A DNA stretch of 64,000 nt from Octopus vulgaris (GCA_951406725.2 OX597837.1:8866001-8930000); one strand, 5' to 3'. Positions 25,871 through 41,684 are shown, counted from the stretch's first letter. Made by a program: numbers and translations. The notes: generated by a model from the sequence alone, not told the origin.

Positions 25871-25969
<99 letters not shown>

Positions 25970-26100
25970 ATGCATGTATGTATGTAAGTATGTATGTATA
26001 CATACATACATAGATGTGTACATATATGTGTGTATATATGTGTGCATATATATGCATGCACATATATATGTGTATATATACGTATATATATGTATAGTAT

Positions 26101-26134
<34 letters not shown>

Positions 26135-26226
26135 GTATATGTTTATGTATATGTATATATATATATATATATACGTATACATATACACATAATATATATA
26201 TATATGTGTGTGTATATGTATATGTG

Positions 26227-26269
<43 letters not shown>

Positions 26270-26366
26270 TACTCGTTACTGAGCGGAAAGATATACTTTC
26301 TCTACCTTTACGCACATATACATAACTACACACGCACAGGCATACATACACACAGGCTTACACACA

Positions 26367-26419
<53 letters not shown>

Positions 26420-26746
26420 ACACGCACATTGGTTTAGATTATTTCTTCTATTCACTGTGTTTGTTTTTTCGTTATTTAATTGCTGATTGATTCCTGCAAG
26501 AAATTGCTTGGAAAAACTATTGAAACGTCAGTGGTAGCTCTGCTCTATCTTCGTTTCTGCACGATTTCACCGTGTATTGTTTGTAAGTTAATCTTTGTTG
26601 ACGTCTTCCGCTTAAAATAAAGAGAACACAGCAACATATCTTTTACAATTGTAGAAACGATGACAGTGAACGGTCGATAAAATTGATATCAATATATGTT
26701 ATCACGCCATTTTACATTTCTCAATAAATACCAAACATAAACACAT

Positions 26747-26806
<60 letters not shown>

Positions 26807-27305
26807 GCGTATGAATATATATGAATATATATGTATGTGTATAAATACGTGTATATAAATATATATATATAATTCTATATTTATATATATGTGTGTGTGT
26901 GTATATATATATGCATATGAATATATATGAATAAATAAATATGTATAAATATGTGTATAAATACGTGTATCTAAATATATATATATAATTATATATATTT
27001 ATATATATAATTATACATATATATGTATATATATATATATAATTATATATATATAATTATATATATATATATAATTATATATATATATATATATATATTC
27101 TTCAAGTAATATATATTATTTGTATTCTTTACATATAAAAAATATACATACATGCATATATGTATATGTAGATATATATGTCCCTTTTATCTTTATTTTA
27201 TATAAATATAAATACGTTTATCTATCTATCTATATGTGCTTTCCTCGTTTACCTTTTCCACCCAATAAACTTTGGCCATGCTGGAGCAATGACTGGAAGG
27301 GGCTT

Positions 27306-27760
27306 TTACCGTGACCTGATCGATATCAATACCTCTTCTATGTTGCTGAGACTTTCCTCAAATTTGCCGTCATATTTCATTGTATTTGGCGGACGATACA
27401 TTGTACACACAGCTACATCAACTTGATTTATATACATTATTAAGTTAGTTACAAAGTGATTTTGAATATGGCAGTAATACAAAAGATTTGACATCATCAC
27501 GGATATACATAGCAAATCTACTGTGGCTTTATTCTCTCTGTACAAAATACAGTATACCCTGGCATGTGCACTTCCGAGTCTGTTACATTAAGGGTTAGAT
27601 GTGATTCAGTGAATGTCATATGTAGTGTTTGATTGCATGCAGGAAGCTCTTTTAGATAGAGAATTTTACCTCTGTTGCTGAGTTTTAGCAGACCTCTGAA
27701 GTTCAATAGGAATACGGGTGCGATATCTGGGGACGTGTTAGTCGTGGCCATCCTGGGTCT
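27306..27760 (-). mobile_element. LINE APE-endonuclease fragment (CR1/L2/Jockey-type)
   Basis: LLNFRGL...TFTESHL...EVHMPGYTVF and VAVCTMYRPPN motifs in two frameshifted ORFs. Confidence 0.82.
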
Positions 27761-28345
27761 GTCACCTGAGGTGGCCTAGTGCATTGAAATGCAGGGCTTT
27801 GTGTTTGCATCCTGTGCATCCATATAGTTCAAATTCATAGGTAACAAAAACCGACGACAGGTGTGGGAACGGGAAAAAGGTGTCTTAGTTTAACGCTCGG
27901 GAAGAATGGATAGGCCTTTGACATTTCGAGCCTAAGCTCTACGATAGAAAAGGATTAGAGGAGAAAAGTGTAGAGAGGGAGAAATATGATTGCATGCAGG
28001 AAGCTCTTTTAGATAGAGAATTTTACCTCTGTTGCTGAGTTTTAGCAGACCTCTGAAGTTCAATAGGAATACATGTGCGATATCTGGGGACGTGTTAGTC
28101 GTGGCCATCCTGGGTCTGTCACCTGAGGTGGCCTAGTGCATTGAAATGCAGGGCTTTGAGTTTGCATCCTGTGCATCCATATAGTTCAAATTCATAGGTA
28201 ACAAAAACCGACGACAGGTGTGGGAACGGGAAAAAGGTGTCTTAGTTTAACGCTCGGGAAGAATGGATAGGCCTTTGACATTTCGAACCTATGCTCTACG
28301 ATAGAAAAGGATTAGAGGGGAAAAGTGTAGAGAGGGAGAAATATG
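27630..28345. repeat. Tandem duplication with 357-bp period (LINE piece plus hammerhead-like element)
   Basis: tgattgcatgcaggaagc at 27630 and 27987; gagggagaaatatg ends at 27988 and 28345; few substitutions. Confidence 0.92.
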
Positions 28346-28511
28346 TAGGGATTAGTGGTTAAACTCGACGAGATGACCGGAAGAAAAAGGCTGAGTGAAG
28401 GGGAGATAATAACGGTGACGTGGCTGAACTGGTATGCGCAAGCGTTTGTGTGTATGTAAGAATGGCGTGTGAGAGTGAGGAGAACGCCTATCAGTTGTAT
28501 GTGTGGGTGAT

Positions 28512-28564
<53 letters not shown>

Positions 28565-28620
28565 CATTATTGATGAATAAATTCGATTACATCGTGAGAA
28601 ATATACTACGTTTCCATCAG

Positions 28621-28685
28621 GTGAATTAAAATTTGAAAGTCTGGTTTTCGGAAGGAAATATACCAAGATGTGGAGTGTTGATTGA
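28621..28685 (+). CDS. Candidate terminal coding exon for 25654-25786
   Basis: tttccatcag|GT GAA TTA AAA TTT GAA AGT CTG GTT TTC GGA AGG AAA ... TGA; phase matches and gives (G)ELKFESLVFGRKYTKMWSVD*. Confidence 0.2.
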
Positions 28686-29959
28686 CCCTCTGATATCAAC
28701 ATATTCAATTTCGTGTTCACTGGGACATCATATTCAATGAATGGGCGATTGTTAAGACCGTTAGGCGAAACATGAATTTCGAACGAACAAAAATTTTATT
28801 ATACATTATGCATAGAAATCTGGATATCTCATCTGGGATTTCATTAAAAGACACTTATACACACCTTATTATCTATACATATATCGGATCTTTTTAATTT
28901 GCAATATATTTTAAGATAACGTATGTATCTTTACAGAGATAAAATAACATCGTATCAAAGATAGAGTAGGGGAACAGATATAGAAGATGGATATTTCTAT
29001 TGAATATTTTCAATTCAATGTAGGTTCCATAAATAGTATGTATGTTTATAAAGACTTAATAGATAATATCCTGCCTGCATTGTGGAGATACACATAGATT
29101 TATATATATAGATGCATACATATATTAATACATATATACATATATTAATACATATATATATTAATATATAGAAATATATATACATATATAAGTATACACA
29201 CACCACACGCAGACACATATATGTATACATATACGTATATATATATATTTGAAAATGTGTGTATGTATATATTTGTGCTTTTATAAATGGGTTACATATC
29301 AATTTGCATCAAATAGTTTGAATTCAATTTTAATTTCGAGAATAGTGTGTGCTCTTACATTCAAAGAGTAAATTATATACATAATTTGAGTATTTCATGC
29401 ATGCATATATATACTTACATATACATACATACACATACATACACAGACAATCACACAAACACGTTTATCTACACAATGGCACACACACTCTCACATATAC
29501 ATGTATACATGTGTAATATATTTATATATACGGTTACAGGTATATCTGTTTTTATCTATACATACATAAAAACGTGCATACAAACGTACGTACATATATA
29601 TATATATACATACCTACGTACGTATATATACACACTCTCAGATGATTGATTCACTTTCAAATCCTGTGGTTTTGAGTTGAGTTAGTGTAGCTGTCCCGTA
29701 AATCTGAGTCAGTGTATTCTGATATAGACCTTGGTGGAAAAATATATAGTAAGACGAAATTGAGAGGCAAAAATCGACGTATACAAAGGATAAGATCGTT
29801 ATTTAAATATCGATCTTATCATGTGGCCAGCATGAGAATAAAAACCTTCAAAATTAATAATTATTATTAAAATTATTACAATTTAGGGAATCTAAGAGAT
29901 ACCGCCACGCTGGAAATAGAAGCCAAAACGTGGGTCTAAAACCACATTTAATTATAAAA

Positions 29960-30325
29960 GAAAGTGGTGGGAGCACAAAACACTTCCAGTGCTTGAAAAT
30001 GATCACATCTCAATCCTCTGGAACTTCACCATTCAAACTGACCGAAAGATAGATGCGGATAAACCAGGCATTATATTCAAACACTTTAGACAAAAATCCT
30101 GCCTCTTCATTGATATAACTCTCCCACTTGATATAAATGTATCTGTCAAGACCTACCAAAAACAGGTATAAAGATGTTGAGCAAGTATAAAGATATTGAA
30201 ATAGAAATTAGCAAAATGTGGACCCTCAAGACTAACACAATACATGCTGTGATAGGTGCTCTCGGAATGATAGCCAAAGGGGCTGAGTGCTACCTAGCTC
30301 AGATACCAAGAAACTCCCAAAAGGC
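29960..30325 (+). mobile_element. R4/Dong-like LINE, restriction-like endonuclease C-terminus
   Basis: VLENDHISILWNFTIQTDRKIDADKPGII...CLFIDITLPLD / LSKYKDIEIEISKMW..KT..I.AVIGALGMI. Confidence 0.88.
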
Positions 30326-30326
30326 A

Positions 30327-30408
30327 GGTAGTCATGATGGGTATACTGGGCTTCGTATATTTTACCCCAGTGTCACTCTGATGGCATACACTGCTCAATT
30401 ACTCAATG
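30327..30408 (+). mobile_element. 3' terminus of the (TAA)n-associated retroelement family
   Basis: ggtagtcatgatgggtatactgggcttcgtatattttaccccag...tactcaat matches 51758-51838. Confidence 0.75.
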
Positions 30409-30568
30409 TTGATTTTTATTATCCTTTCTACTGAAGGCACGAGTCCTGATATTTCCGGAAGGGGACTAGTCGATTACATCGACCCCAGTATTTCACTGGT
30501 AATTAACCTATCCACACCGAAATATGAATAATAATAAAAACAAAAAAACAACAACAATGATAATAATG

Positions 30569-30648
<80 letters not shown>

Positions 30649-31217
30649 CCTTTATATATTAGGCACAAGGGAAAATTTTAGAGGAGGGGACTTGTTGATT
30701 ACATTAACCCCAGTGTGTAACTGGTACTTATTTTATCGACCCCTATTCTGTTTGTTCACCGCCTTGCGGATTCGAAATATTGGAGATGAGTCGTCGATAG
30801 TTTTTGGTTTATGTTTCAAAAAATGAAAAAAAAAAAAAAAAAAATAAGAAAAGGAGAAGGTCACGGCTGGTAGGTCGTGGAGTCAAACTACAATTATTTA
30901 TATTTCACGATTTCAATGTATTTCTGTTTGTTTATATACGGATTCAGTCATTTAATCTCGTCTGTATCGTTACTACCTTCTGCATCTGTTGTCCTCCTTT
31001 GTAGTGTGATGGACATACGTACGTAGATACAGCAATACACAGCCGCACACTTACTGTCAAGCAAACACACAAACACACATACATATATATGTGTGTGTGT
31101 ACAGGTGTGTTTATCATTGAAATTGTGTACAAACATTATGTAGCCGATAAATGATTTTTGCCTTGATTTCTGGCGTCAAGGGGACCCCAATACTTATGAA
31201 TGCATAATAGGATATAC

Positions 31218-31267
<50 letters not shown>

Positions 31268-31512
31268 GACACACACACACACACACACACTCATACACAC
31301 ATAAAAGTACAACTAAATAGTAAGTTTATGCATTTTAATTCAATGCTTATGACGTTTTATACATACATACATTCACACATACATACATATATACATTATT
31401 TTTTTTCTTAGAATGGAAGGTATTTATGTCTATTGATTTATACCTACACACACATAAATACATGTATACATATATATATACATTTATATGTATCAGTGTG
31501 TGTATGTATGTG

Positions 31513-31596
<84 letters not shown>

Positions 31597-31611
31597 TACA
31601 TACATACATAC

Positions 31612-31708
<97 letters not shown>

Positions 31709-32690
31709 AACATATATATATATAGTATATATTCATATTTGCTGTGTGTTTATATATTCCGAACACATTCGGTTGTTTTGTCTGTTTTGTATTCCTGATA
31801 GAAATACAAATATATTCTATGATGGGAAATATTTATGGAAATAATTAGAGTTTCTAAATTCAGTAATTCCATAAAAATATATTTCTCTCTCCCTCTCTCT
31901 CTCTCTCTATCTATCTCTCTCTCTCTCTCTCTGTCTCCCTCCCTCTTTCTCTGTCTATTTCTCCCTTTCTTTTACTTTCCTCTTTAAATCTCTATTTCTC
32001 TCGTACACAACACAATATAAAAACCATTCTCGCTAATCTCTATCAATTTCTCCTTTTATTTACCTCCCTTTATTATTCGCTCTCTTTTATTTCTCTTTCT
32101 TCGTGTGTACGTCTCTGACTTTCTCCCTCCAGCTTTCTTTCTCTCGCTTTATTTTTACTCTCCATTTATTTTTTTGCCAAATTTCCTCTGCTTCTCTTCT
32201 ACAAATCTTGTATATTTCCCTCAAATCCTCCATATTGTGTATTTCTCCTCAAGCTCTTTCTGTCTCTTTCATATTTTCTCTCTCATTCTTGAAGTCTTCA
32301 CACAATTATGTTCTTCGCCTCCATTTCCCTTTGTCTGTATCGTTCAAGGTCTCTCACTCGTTGTGATTCTCTTTCAAATTTTATATATTTCTCTCATAAC
32401 ATACATAATATAATCACACCCATTTTTCTTCTCTCTCCCACAAAATCTTTCCTCTTCTGTTCCTCTTTATCTTTCTCTTTCTCTATCTGTCCCTTTCCGT
32501 CCGGCTGTGTCTATCACCTTCAAATAGACGGGAGATTATCTGTAAATAGCCACAATAGACGAGACGTGATGAACAGTAACAAATACAAACAATTATAGAT
32601 TCGGACGTAGGGTCATATAGGCGTGGAACAATACAAACCAACAGGAACACATACACACACATAGGAATGCGCGTGTTTACGCACGCACAC

Positions 32691-32781
<91 letters not shown>

Positions 32782-32788
32782 ATATGTA

Positions 32789-32839
<51 letters not shown>

Positions 32840-32982
32840 GTATATGTATATATATATGTATATATGGAGAGAGAGAGGGACAGGGTGAGATGTATATACA
32901 TATATACATATTTATATATATTCATACACATATACATATATATATATATACATACGTATATATATATATATATATATATAAG

Positions 32983-33013
<31 letters not shown>

Positions 33014-33079
33014 TATATGTGTGTGTGTGTGTGGTGTATATGAAAGTATGTATGTATATCATTTCTTCTGCTTGTTTAC

Positions 33080-33450
33080 ATGTCTTAGCCATCGGACTGC
33101 AGCCATTCCAGGGCATCACCTTGAACGACCTCGTCGAACAAACGAACCCAGCGTATTCATGTTTAAAAATCTACTTCTTCATACAGGCAAGTAAACAAAC
33201 GTTAATGTCGAGACGGTTTTGTGGAATAAACGCAAATACAAAGACACGCACACTCGCACACACAAAGTCACACATACACACGTACTTTTAAATTCAGGCT
33301 TCCAAACATTTTCCGTATTCGAAATTTGTTCACGAAGCATTTCTCATCCCGGAGGTTAAGGTAAAAAAAGACCTGACCAAGGTACCACGTGGCGTTACTG
33401 AAACGAAGATCCTACGGTTGCAAGCTGTGATTTTTAATCACACAAACTTG
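33080..33450 (-). mobile_element. Highly diverged SINE family 1
   Basis: gactgcagccattccagggcatcaccttg...ccaaggtaccacg...aatcacaca resembles the reverse complement of family 1. Confidence 0.55.
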
Positions 33451-33940
33451 TCTATCAAATCTAATCTAATAATCCAATGTAATCCAACATAGCCGAAATC
33501 CCTTGACCAGGGTAATTAAAAGAGAAAAGTTAAACATACAGTCTGTGATATCAATCTCAAAAGACATTGAAACTGATCCAGACATCAAACAATGGATAAG
33601 AGCAAACGTTTTTCAGAGAGATTTTATCTCGGCTGGTGTTAATCCTTATTGAAAGTACAGCCGTATTGATGCGCATTGTTACCTTGCCAAGGACATACTA
33701 ATAAATCCAGCAAACAGATTTATAAGAACGGTGTAATTCGTTTTACGAGATGCTGCGTTACGTGAGCAAATATTTACCATTAGATTAAAACATTTCCTTT
33801 GTAAGATGATCGCTGGGGATATTCTGAGACAAATGTTTTAATGCAAGTAAACGAGCTTTGGCTACGATGAGGTTTTAAAATACAGCGTACACACTGACAC
33901 GCACATATGTATACACACACAGTCACACATGTACACACAG

Positions 33941-33977
<37 letters not shown>

Positions 33978-34103
33978 GACATATATATACATACATATAC
34001 ATATAGATATATATATATACACACACACACATCTATATATATATTTATCAATCTATCTATCTAGTTATCTATCTATTTATATATATATGTATATATATGT
34101 ATA

Positions 34104-34153
<50 letters not shown>

Positions 34154-34156
34154 TAT

Positions 34157-34269
<113 letters not shown>

Positions 34270-34899
34270 AAGACAGACGGAGAGACAAAGAGATAGACTA
34301 CTATGTATATCTATGCGGTTTGTTCGTCTCCTGTTTTTTTAGTAATGCTGCGATGGACTGGCGACCCGTCTAGCTGAGGTGAATACGCCTCAGAAACCGA
34401 GGAAACCGGGCCCATGAGCCTGGCTAGGCTTGAATAGGGCGCACAAATAAATAAATTATTCTGTACTTAGAAAACGTATGTATGTTGTGATGTAAAATTA
34501 CGAATGTTTAGAGCTCCCTGTTACTCATTGTCCTATTAACAATATTCCTAGTTTTTTATTATGTCTTGTAGTTAGGTAGCCCAGTTAATGTGTGCCTGAA
34601 TGAAACTCTGTATATTTATATTAGCAAAAAGTGGTATATTTTTTTGTTCCATTAGAATACTGCTTGCTGTTATACTTTCTAGAATTTCGAAATGTAAACA
34701 AAAAAACAACAGGCGGTTTTTCGCGACAGCAATAACGATGGCGTCGAAAGAAATACGATAGTAAAAAGATTGGCAACGACGACAGCGACCACGATCGTTG
34801 TTATTCGTCATCGTCATCATTATCATCGTCGTCATCACCATCAATGAAACCCGCAGCAGCAGCAACAACAGTTGACGCAATGACAACAACGATGGTGAC

Positions 34900-34939
34900 T
34901 GCATCATCATATAATCACCACCAGCACCACCAGCACCAC

Positions 34940-35028
<89 letters not shown>

Positions 35029-35181
35029 CCACCACCACTACCATCATCATCACTATCATCATCATCATCATGCTCATCATCATCCTCATTGCCATCGTCG
35101 TCGTAATCAACAACAACAGCAACAACATTAACAACAACGGCGTCGATGATGATGATGATGATGATGATGTTGATGATGATA

Positions 35182-35216
<35 letters not shown>

Positions 35217-35217
35217 A

Positions 35218-35253
<36 letters not shown>

Positions 35254-35255
35254 GT
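34900..35255. repeat. (CAT)n tract followed by (GAT)n tract
   Basis: Direct reading. Confidence 0.95.
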
Positions 35256-35689
35256 AACAACCGCATTTAAAAAATTGTCCTGAAACATTGTCCGCAAATA
35301 GGATTAGTTGCAACAATATAACAAAAGCAACTCTTAACTTATCCGATAAGTAATATATTCAAATATAATATAATTGGTAAACCATTCAATTTACATTCTT
35401 CCATTCAGATTTGATCCTCAGGTTCCTATAAGGTTCTATTTTTGTATACAGCATTGAACTTGTTGGTCTTACAGGAAAAATTTACTAAGCAAATACGATG
35501 TGTTGACATTGGAAAGGCCAGATTTTATAATTTGAATATTTCTAAGAAGAGGCTAAAACAAGAATGGCACCTACAAGTAAATTGCCTTTTGACCTGCAAG
35601 AATTGGCTTCGAAATCTCTCTTTCAAATCACGAAGTTCTTTTTGTCTTGAAAGAACAAAAAAATGGAAAAAAGCAGCGTGGAAAAGATG

Positions 35690-36970
35690 CGTTTTTGATA
35701 AATTTAGATATACATATATTATTTCTGAATAGAATATAAAATGGACACGAATTGACGCTTCGATTCATGTTTTTCCCAGCAACAAACGTTGTGTATGTGT
35801 TGACATATTAGTTAAATTTGGTTTTTGATACGATGCCTCGAAATAAAACAAGAATGTCACATAGTTTGATGTTTCGTTTAACGCCCCTCGAATCTCCAAA
35901 TTGTGAATAGACAGTCACGTTTGATAAATTTAGTACTTGGGGTATATTGTCTAAATAATATACAGAATACATGGAGCTTGATATTTCGTTGAATACGTTT
36001 CCTCGTTCCAAAATGCAAACATAGACACACATTTGATAAATTTAGTACTTCGCGAGCTACTTCTGAATAAAAGACACAACGAACGTAATTTATTCTATTG
36101 TGTCTGGGGAGAGTCATTCTCTTTTGGTACCTTATTATTTAACACACTAAGAAATAAGTGGAAATTTTACCAGTGAGTGTGTTAAATAATAAGGCATTAA
36201 AAAAATGACTCTCCCCAGACACAACAGAATATGCTTCAACACACGAACTCATCTAAAGAATCTTGCAAACCAAATCCAAAAATGAACGTAGTTTAATATT
36301 TCGTTTAACAGCTTGTCATCTCAAAACTGAAATGAAAATTAACATTTGAAAAACTTAGTTCTTGATGGATTATATTTGAATCAAAGACAGAAGGGACACG
36401 ATTAGACATTCTATTTAGTGTATTTTCTTGCAGCAAACTACCAAAGGAGAAACTTGTTTGATAGACGTATTTCTTGATGCAATTTGTCTGAAGAAAACAA
36501 AAAGTAGAAACCGGTTGATGTTTCGCCTCCCCGAGTTCCGAACTAGGACAAGAAGTGAACGTTTGTGAAAGTTCAATCTTGATGCGCTATGCCTGAATAA
36601 AGGATAGAACAGGCTCAATTTGATGTTTCTTTCAGCGTCCTTCTCTAATCCAAACTATAAACAGAGAGACACGTCTGATAAACGTAGTACATGACACAAC
36701 ATAGATGACTAAAAAAACACTTTGGGCAGACTTTGATTTATAGTTTCATGTCCGTTCTTACTCCAAACTGTGAACAGCAAAACAGGTTTAATAAATTTAC
36801 TTATTAATCCACTAAGTATGAATAAAAAATAGAATGAACACAGCTTGAGGTTTTTTAAGGTCCCTTTTAGCCGAAAGCAATGAATAGAAAGTCACGTTTC
36901 AAAAATTTCCATGCATGAATAAAGGACACAACGAACATAGCTTAATATTCGTTTAACGTCTCTGCCAGGT
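35690..36970. repeat. Old degenerate tandem array, ~112-bp unit, about 10 copies
   Basis: ttgataaatttagtactt-like anchors near 35695, 35921, 36033, 36347, 36458, 36563, 36675, 36788, 36897 with shared gaataaa.gaca.aa / ttgat.tttc / ccaaa.t.t.aa blocks. Confidence 0.75.
36093..36283. mobile_element. Retro-insertion with internal inversion and 12-bp TSD
   Basis: Inverted arms 36093-36148 / 36176-36229; gaacgtaattta (36081-92) and gaacgtagttta (36284-95) flank it. Confidence 0.7.
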
Positions 36971-37326
36971 TCATGCTGCGAATAGAACACTCATGCGAGA
37001 AATTTCATAAATTGCACTTTCTCTTTTAGTTGAAGGAATTAAACCAAAACCCAGAGCAATTTATTGAGTATAAAATAGTAGGGGAGATAACTCGAAAGAA
37101 TTACGAATTCGTTTCACAAATTTTCGTATCTATATTATATTCTAATGTTGTTAAGATTCTTTGCGGCAGAAACAGGAAAGCAACGCATTCCGATTTGGCT
37201 TTTGTGTTTAATTGATGTAATTTTAGATCTAGGAAATACAAAAGCCAAAATGAGAATGAGATATCTTGTCTTCTTGTCTGGCTGCTGCTTCTGTAATACA
37301 GCTTCCATCTGTCACATTTTAGACGA

Positions 37327-37830
<504 letters not shown>

Positions 37831-38145
37831 CATTCCCTCTTGCTTTCATTATATATGTGTGTGTGTGTGTCAATGTATATATATATACATATATATATAC
37901 ATATGTGTGTGTGTGTGTGCATATATGCGTATTCAGAGATTTATAAGTGCGTATGTGTAGGTGGATGGTGGATGGATGGTTTTAAGCGTGTATATACCTT
38001 AAATTGATAGACACATAGAAACAGAGAGAATAAGCACGTGTGTTCACAAATATGCTTCACAAGCGTATTTGCATACACATATGCATACATACACATATTT
38101 ATATGCATAAAACGATATATACAAAACACTTTCTCGTCCCACATG

Positions 38146-38185
<40 letters not shown>

Positions 38186-38706
38186 CGTGCATAAATATAT
38201 GCATATACATACATACATACATACATATATACATATACATATATACATAGATATATCGATTTCTGTGTGTGTCTGTGTGTCACTGAGTGTATATATATAT
38301 ATATATACTAGTGTATGAGCGAGTGTTTATGTGGGGAATATATATCAAACTTGTCATTTCGTCATTTTGTTAACTATAATTATTCCATAAAAGAAAATAG
38401 GTTACGAAAATCAAATATACAAATATTATACGAAGAATATAAACAAAAGAAAAATTTTATTCATAAATATTTAATAGGACTACAAAAATATATCCATTGA
38501 ATTAAGTAATATAAATATATAGCTGATGTTTTTTTTTTTACTTTCTTTGCTTATTTAGAATGAAATGAAATTAAAAAGATATTGAATTCTACAGTAATAG
38601 TGTAAATTCAATCATATGATTTTGAAATAAAAGCCATCAACATACTTTTGAATTAACACGGAAATATACGAATCCGTAAATTCATAATCATATGTGGTTA
38701 TGTAGG

Positions 38707-38761
<55 letters not shown>

Positions 38762-39188
38762 GCATGTGTATGCAGATATGCGCATAAATATATATGATGT
38801 AGGTGTATGTCTGTATATATATATATATATATGTTTATATACATATATATTTGTTTATATATATATGTGTATATACATATATGTATGTATAAATATGTAT
38901 GCGCGCGCATATCTAAATGTATATAAATACATACATACAAGCACACACATAAATAAATGTATTTGAATGTATATAAATATCCATGTGTGTGTGTATTCCA
39001 CATATGAACAAGCTTTCTTAGGATTACACATGGAGAGGCAGGTAATTTAATCAAACACATGAAAAACACACGCATGCACATATCCATATGCTGCACATGC
39101 GCATACGCTTACACATGCGTATATACATACATGCTTACATACACATATATATAATGTATATATATATATGTGTATATATATGTATATA

Positions 39189-39271
<83 letters not shown>

Positions 39272-39553
39272 GTATGTGTGTATGAAAGTATATATGTGTG
39301 CAGATATTTGTGTACTTGTGAGTGGATAAGCCTTGTCGTATGCATGGATGTGGATGTATAATGTATAACAAAGAATATCTTTGTATTTTTGTATATATGT
39401 GTACACATTAAGGAGTATAAAGGAGCACACATACACCGGCACCATATACACACATATATATACACACACACACAAACACACATATATATATATATATGCA
39501 TATATATATATATACATATATATATACACACATATACATATATATATATTTAT

Positions 39554-39584
<31 letters not shown>

Positions 39585-39922
39585 CATACATATATAACGA
39601 CACTTATACATACACGTATGTGTAAGCGTGTGTGTATATATATGTGGTGTTGAAAATACAATAAAACACATTTATTTAAACTTTGGAGGGATTATGTTTA
39701 ATTATTAATACATAAACATATGTGTTTCCATACATGTAAGGATATACGCTTCCATACTCGCAGATACAAGCACACATAAACGCGTACACACACATACACT
39801 ATATATCTATATTTCTGCCTATATACATATACACATGCATACATACGCACACACTCACAGACTTACACATACATATCTGTTACACAACCACATACACATA
39901 TCTATGCAAAGTATGTAAAAAG

Positions 39923-40011
<89 letters not shown>

Positions 40012-40027
40012 TATATATATATATGTG

Positions 40028-40081
<54 letters not shown>

Positions 40082-40365
40082 TATATGTATACGGGATTAT
40101 TTACTGCACGTATCAATACGTTCGCTCACGTATGTATGCGTTATTTTCGCATATGTAATGAGTCTATGAATGTGTATATGTTTCTCTTTGTGACTACATG
40201 TCCATACACAGTTCCAATGTTTTGATTTCTATAAATATGTTACTTCATGTGTGTATGCTTTGAAATATGTATACACATCTCTCTCTTTCTCTCTCTTTCT
40301 CTCTCCCTCTGACTTTTTTACCCTGCCTTTCTCTATCCATTTGACTGACTATCTATGTATATGTA

Positions 40366-40442
<77 letters not shown>

Positions 40443-40528
40443 GTCTGTCTCTCTGTCTATCTATCTATCTATATATATCTATCTATCTATCTATCTATCT
40501 ATGTATCTATCAATCTATCTATCTATCC

Positions 40529-40582
<54 letters not shown>

Positions 40583-40631
40583 ATATCCACCATCTATCTA
40601 TCTATCTATATATATATGCATCCATCCATCC

Positions 40632-40697
<66 letters not shown>

Positions 40698-40903
40698 GCA
40701 TCTATGTATCTATCTGATTATCGAACCGTCTGTCTGTCTATGCCTCCCTCTATATATCTACCTATTTGTTTATTTCTCTATATCGATCTATTAATCGGTC
40801 CGCTTCTATAAATCTTGTATGTTTCCCCTTCACCATCGCTCAATATATGTTCCTGTGTTTCTCTCTTTATATATGTATCCATCTATCCATGTTTTAATCG
40901 AGA

Positions 40904-40935
<32 letters not shown>

Positions 40936-41198
40936 CTGTGTGTGTTTGTGTGTGTATGTACGTGTATATACGTTCCCATGCAGTAATGCATGTATATAAG
41001 CATGTATGCATGCATACATATATACATACAAACACACGTATATATATATATATATATATAGATATACATAACTACACACAGACATAAACACATACATACA
41101 TAAACACGCACACACACACACATATTTGAATGCATAGTTTGAACACAGATAATCAGACAAATGCACACATTCATGTTTACAAACATACATACATACAG

Positions 41199-41258
<60 letters not shown>

Positions 41259-41292
41259 ATTCATAAATATACATATATACATTATATTATAA

Positions 41293-41326
<34 letters not shown>

Positions 41327-41684
41327 CTTGTATATATATATATATATATGTACACATATATGTATATATATATATATGTATATATAAATACATATATTGT
41401 CTCACACACACACACACACACATACATGCTGCTATTGTTTTGGATCTTTTGACTTGGACTAACCATCACATATAAAGCAATTAATATTTCCGCTATGTTA
41501 TTTGAAATCATAGAATTTCGTTCTAGTTTCTTGGAAAAATATCTTTGAACGTGGTTACTGGTTTTGATAGAATTATGGTTTTGTAACGCAGTTCACACCG
41601 CTAGTTCCTACCAGTATTATTGCCATGCTTTATATATTTATGTATTCATTTAATATATTTACTTACGCACTATTATTATTATTA

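Noticed and set aside
35690-36970. Regularly spaced anchors as a CRISPR-like array
   Set aside because: The whole unit is homologous rather than repeat plus unique spacer; eukaryotic context and no cas genes.
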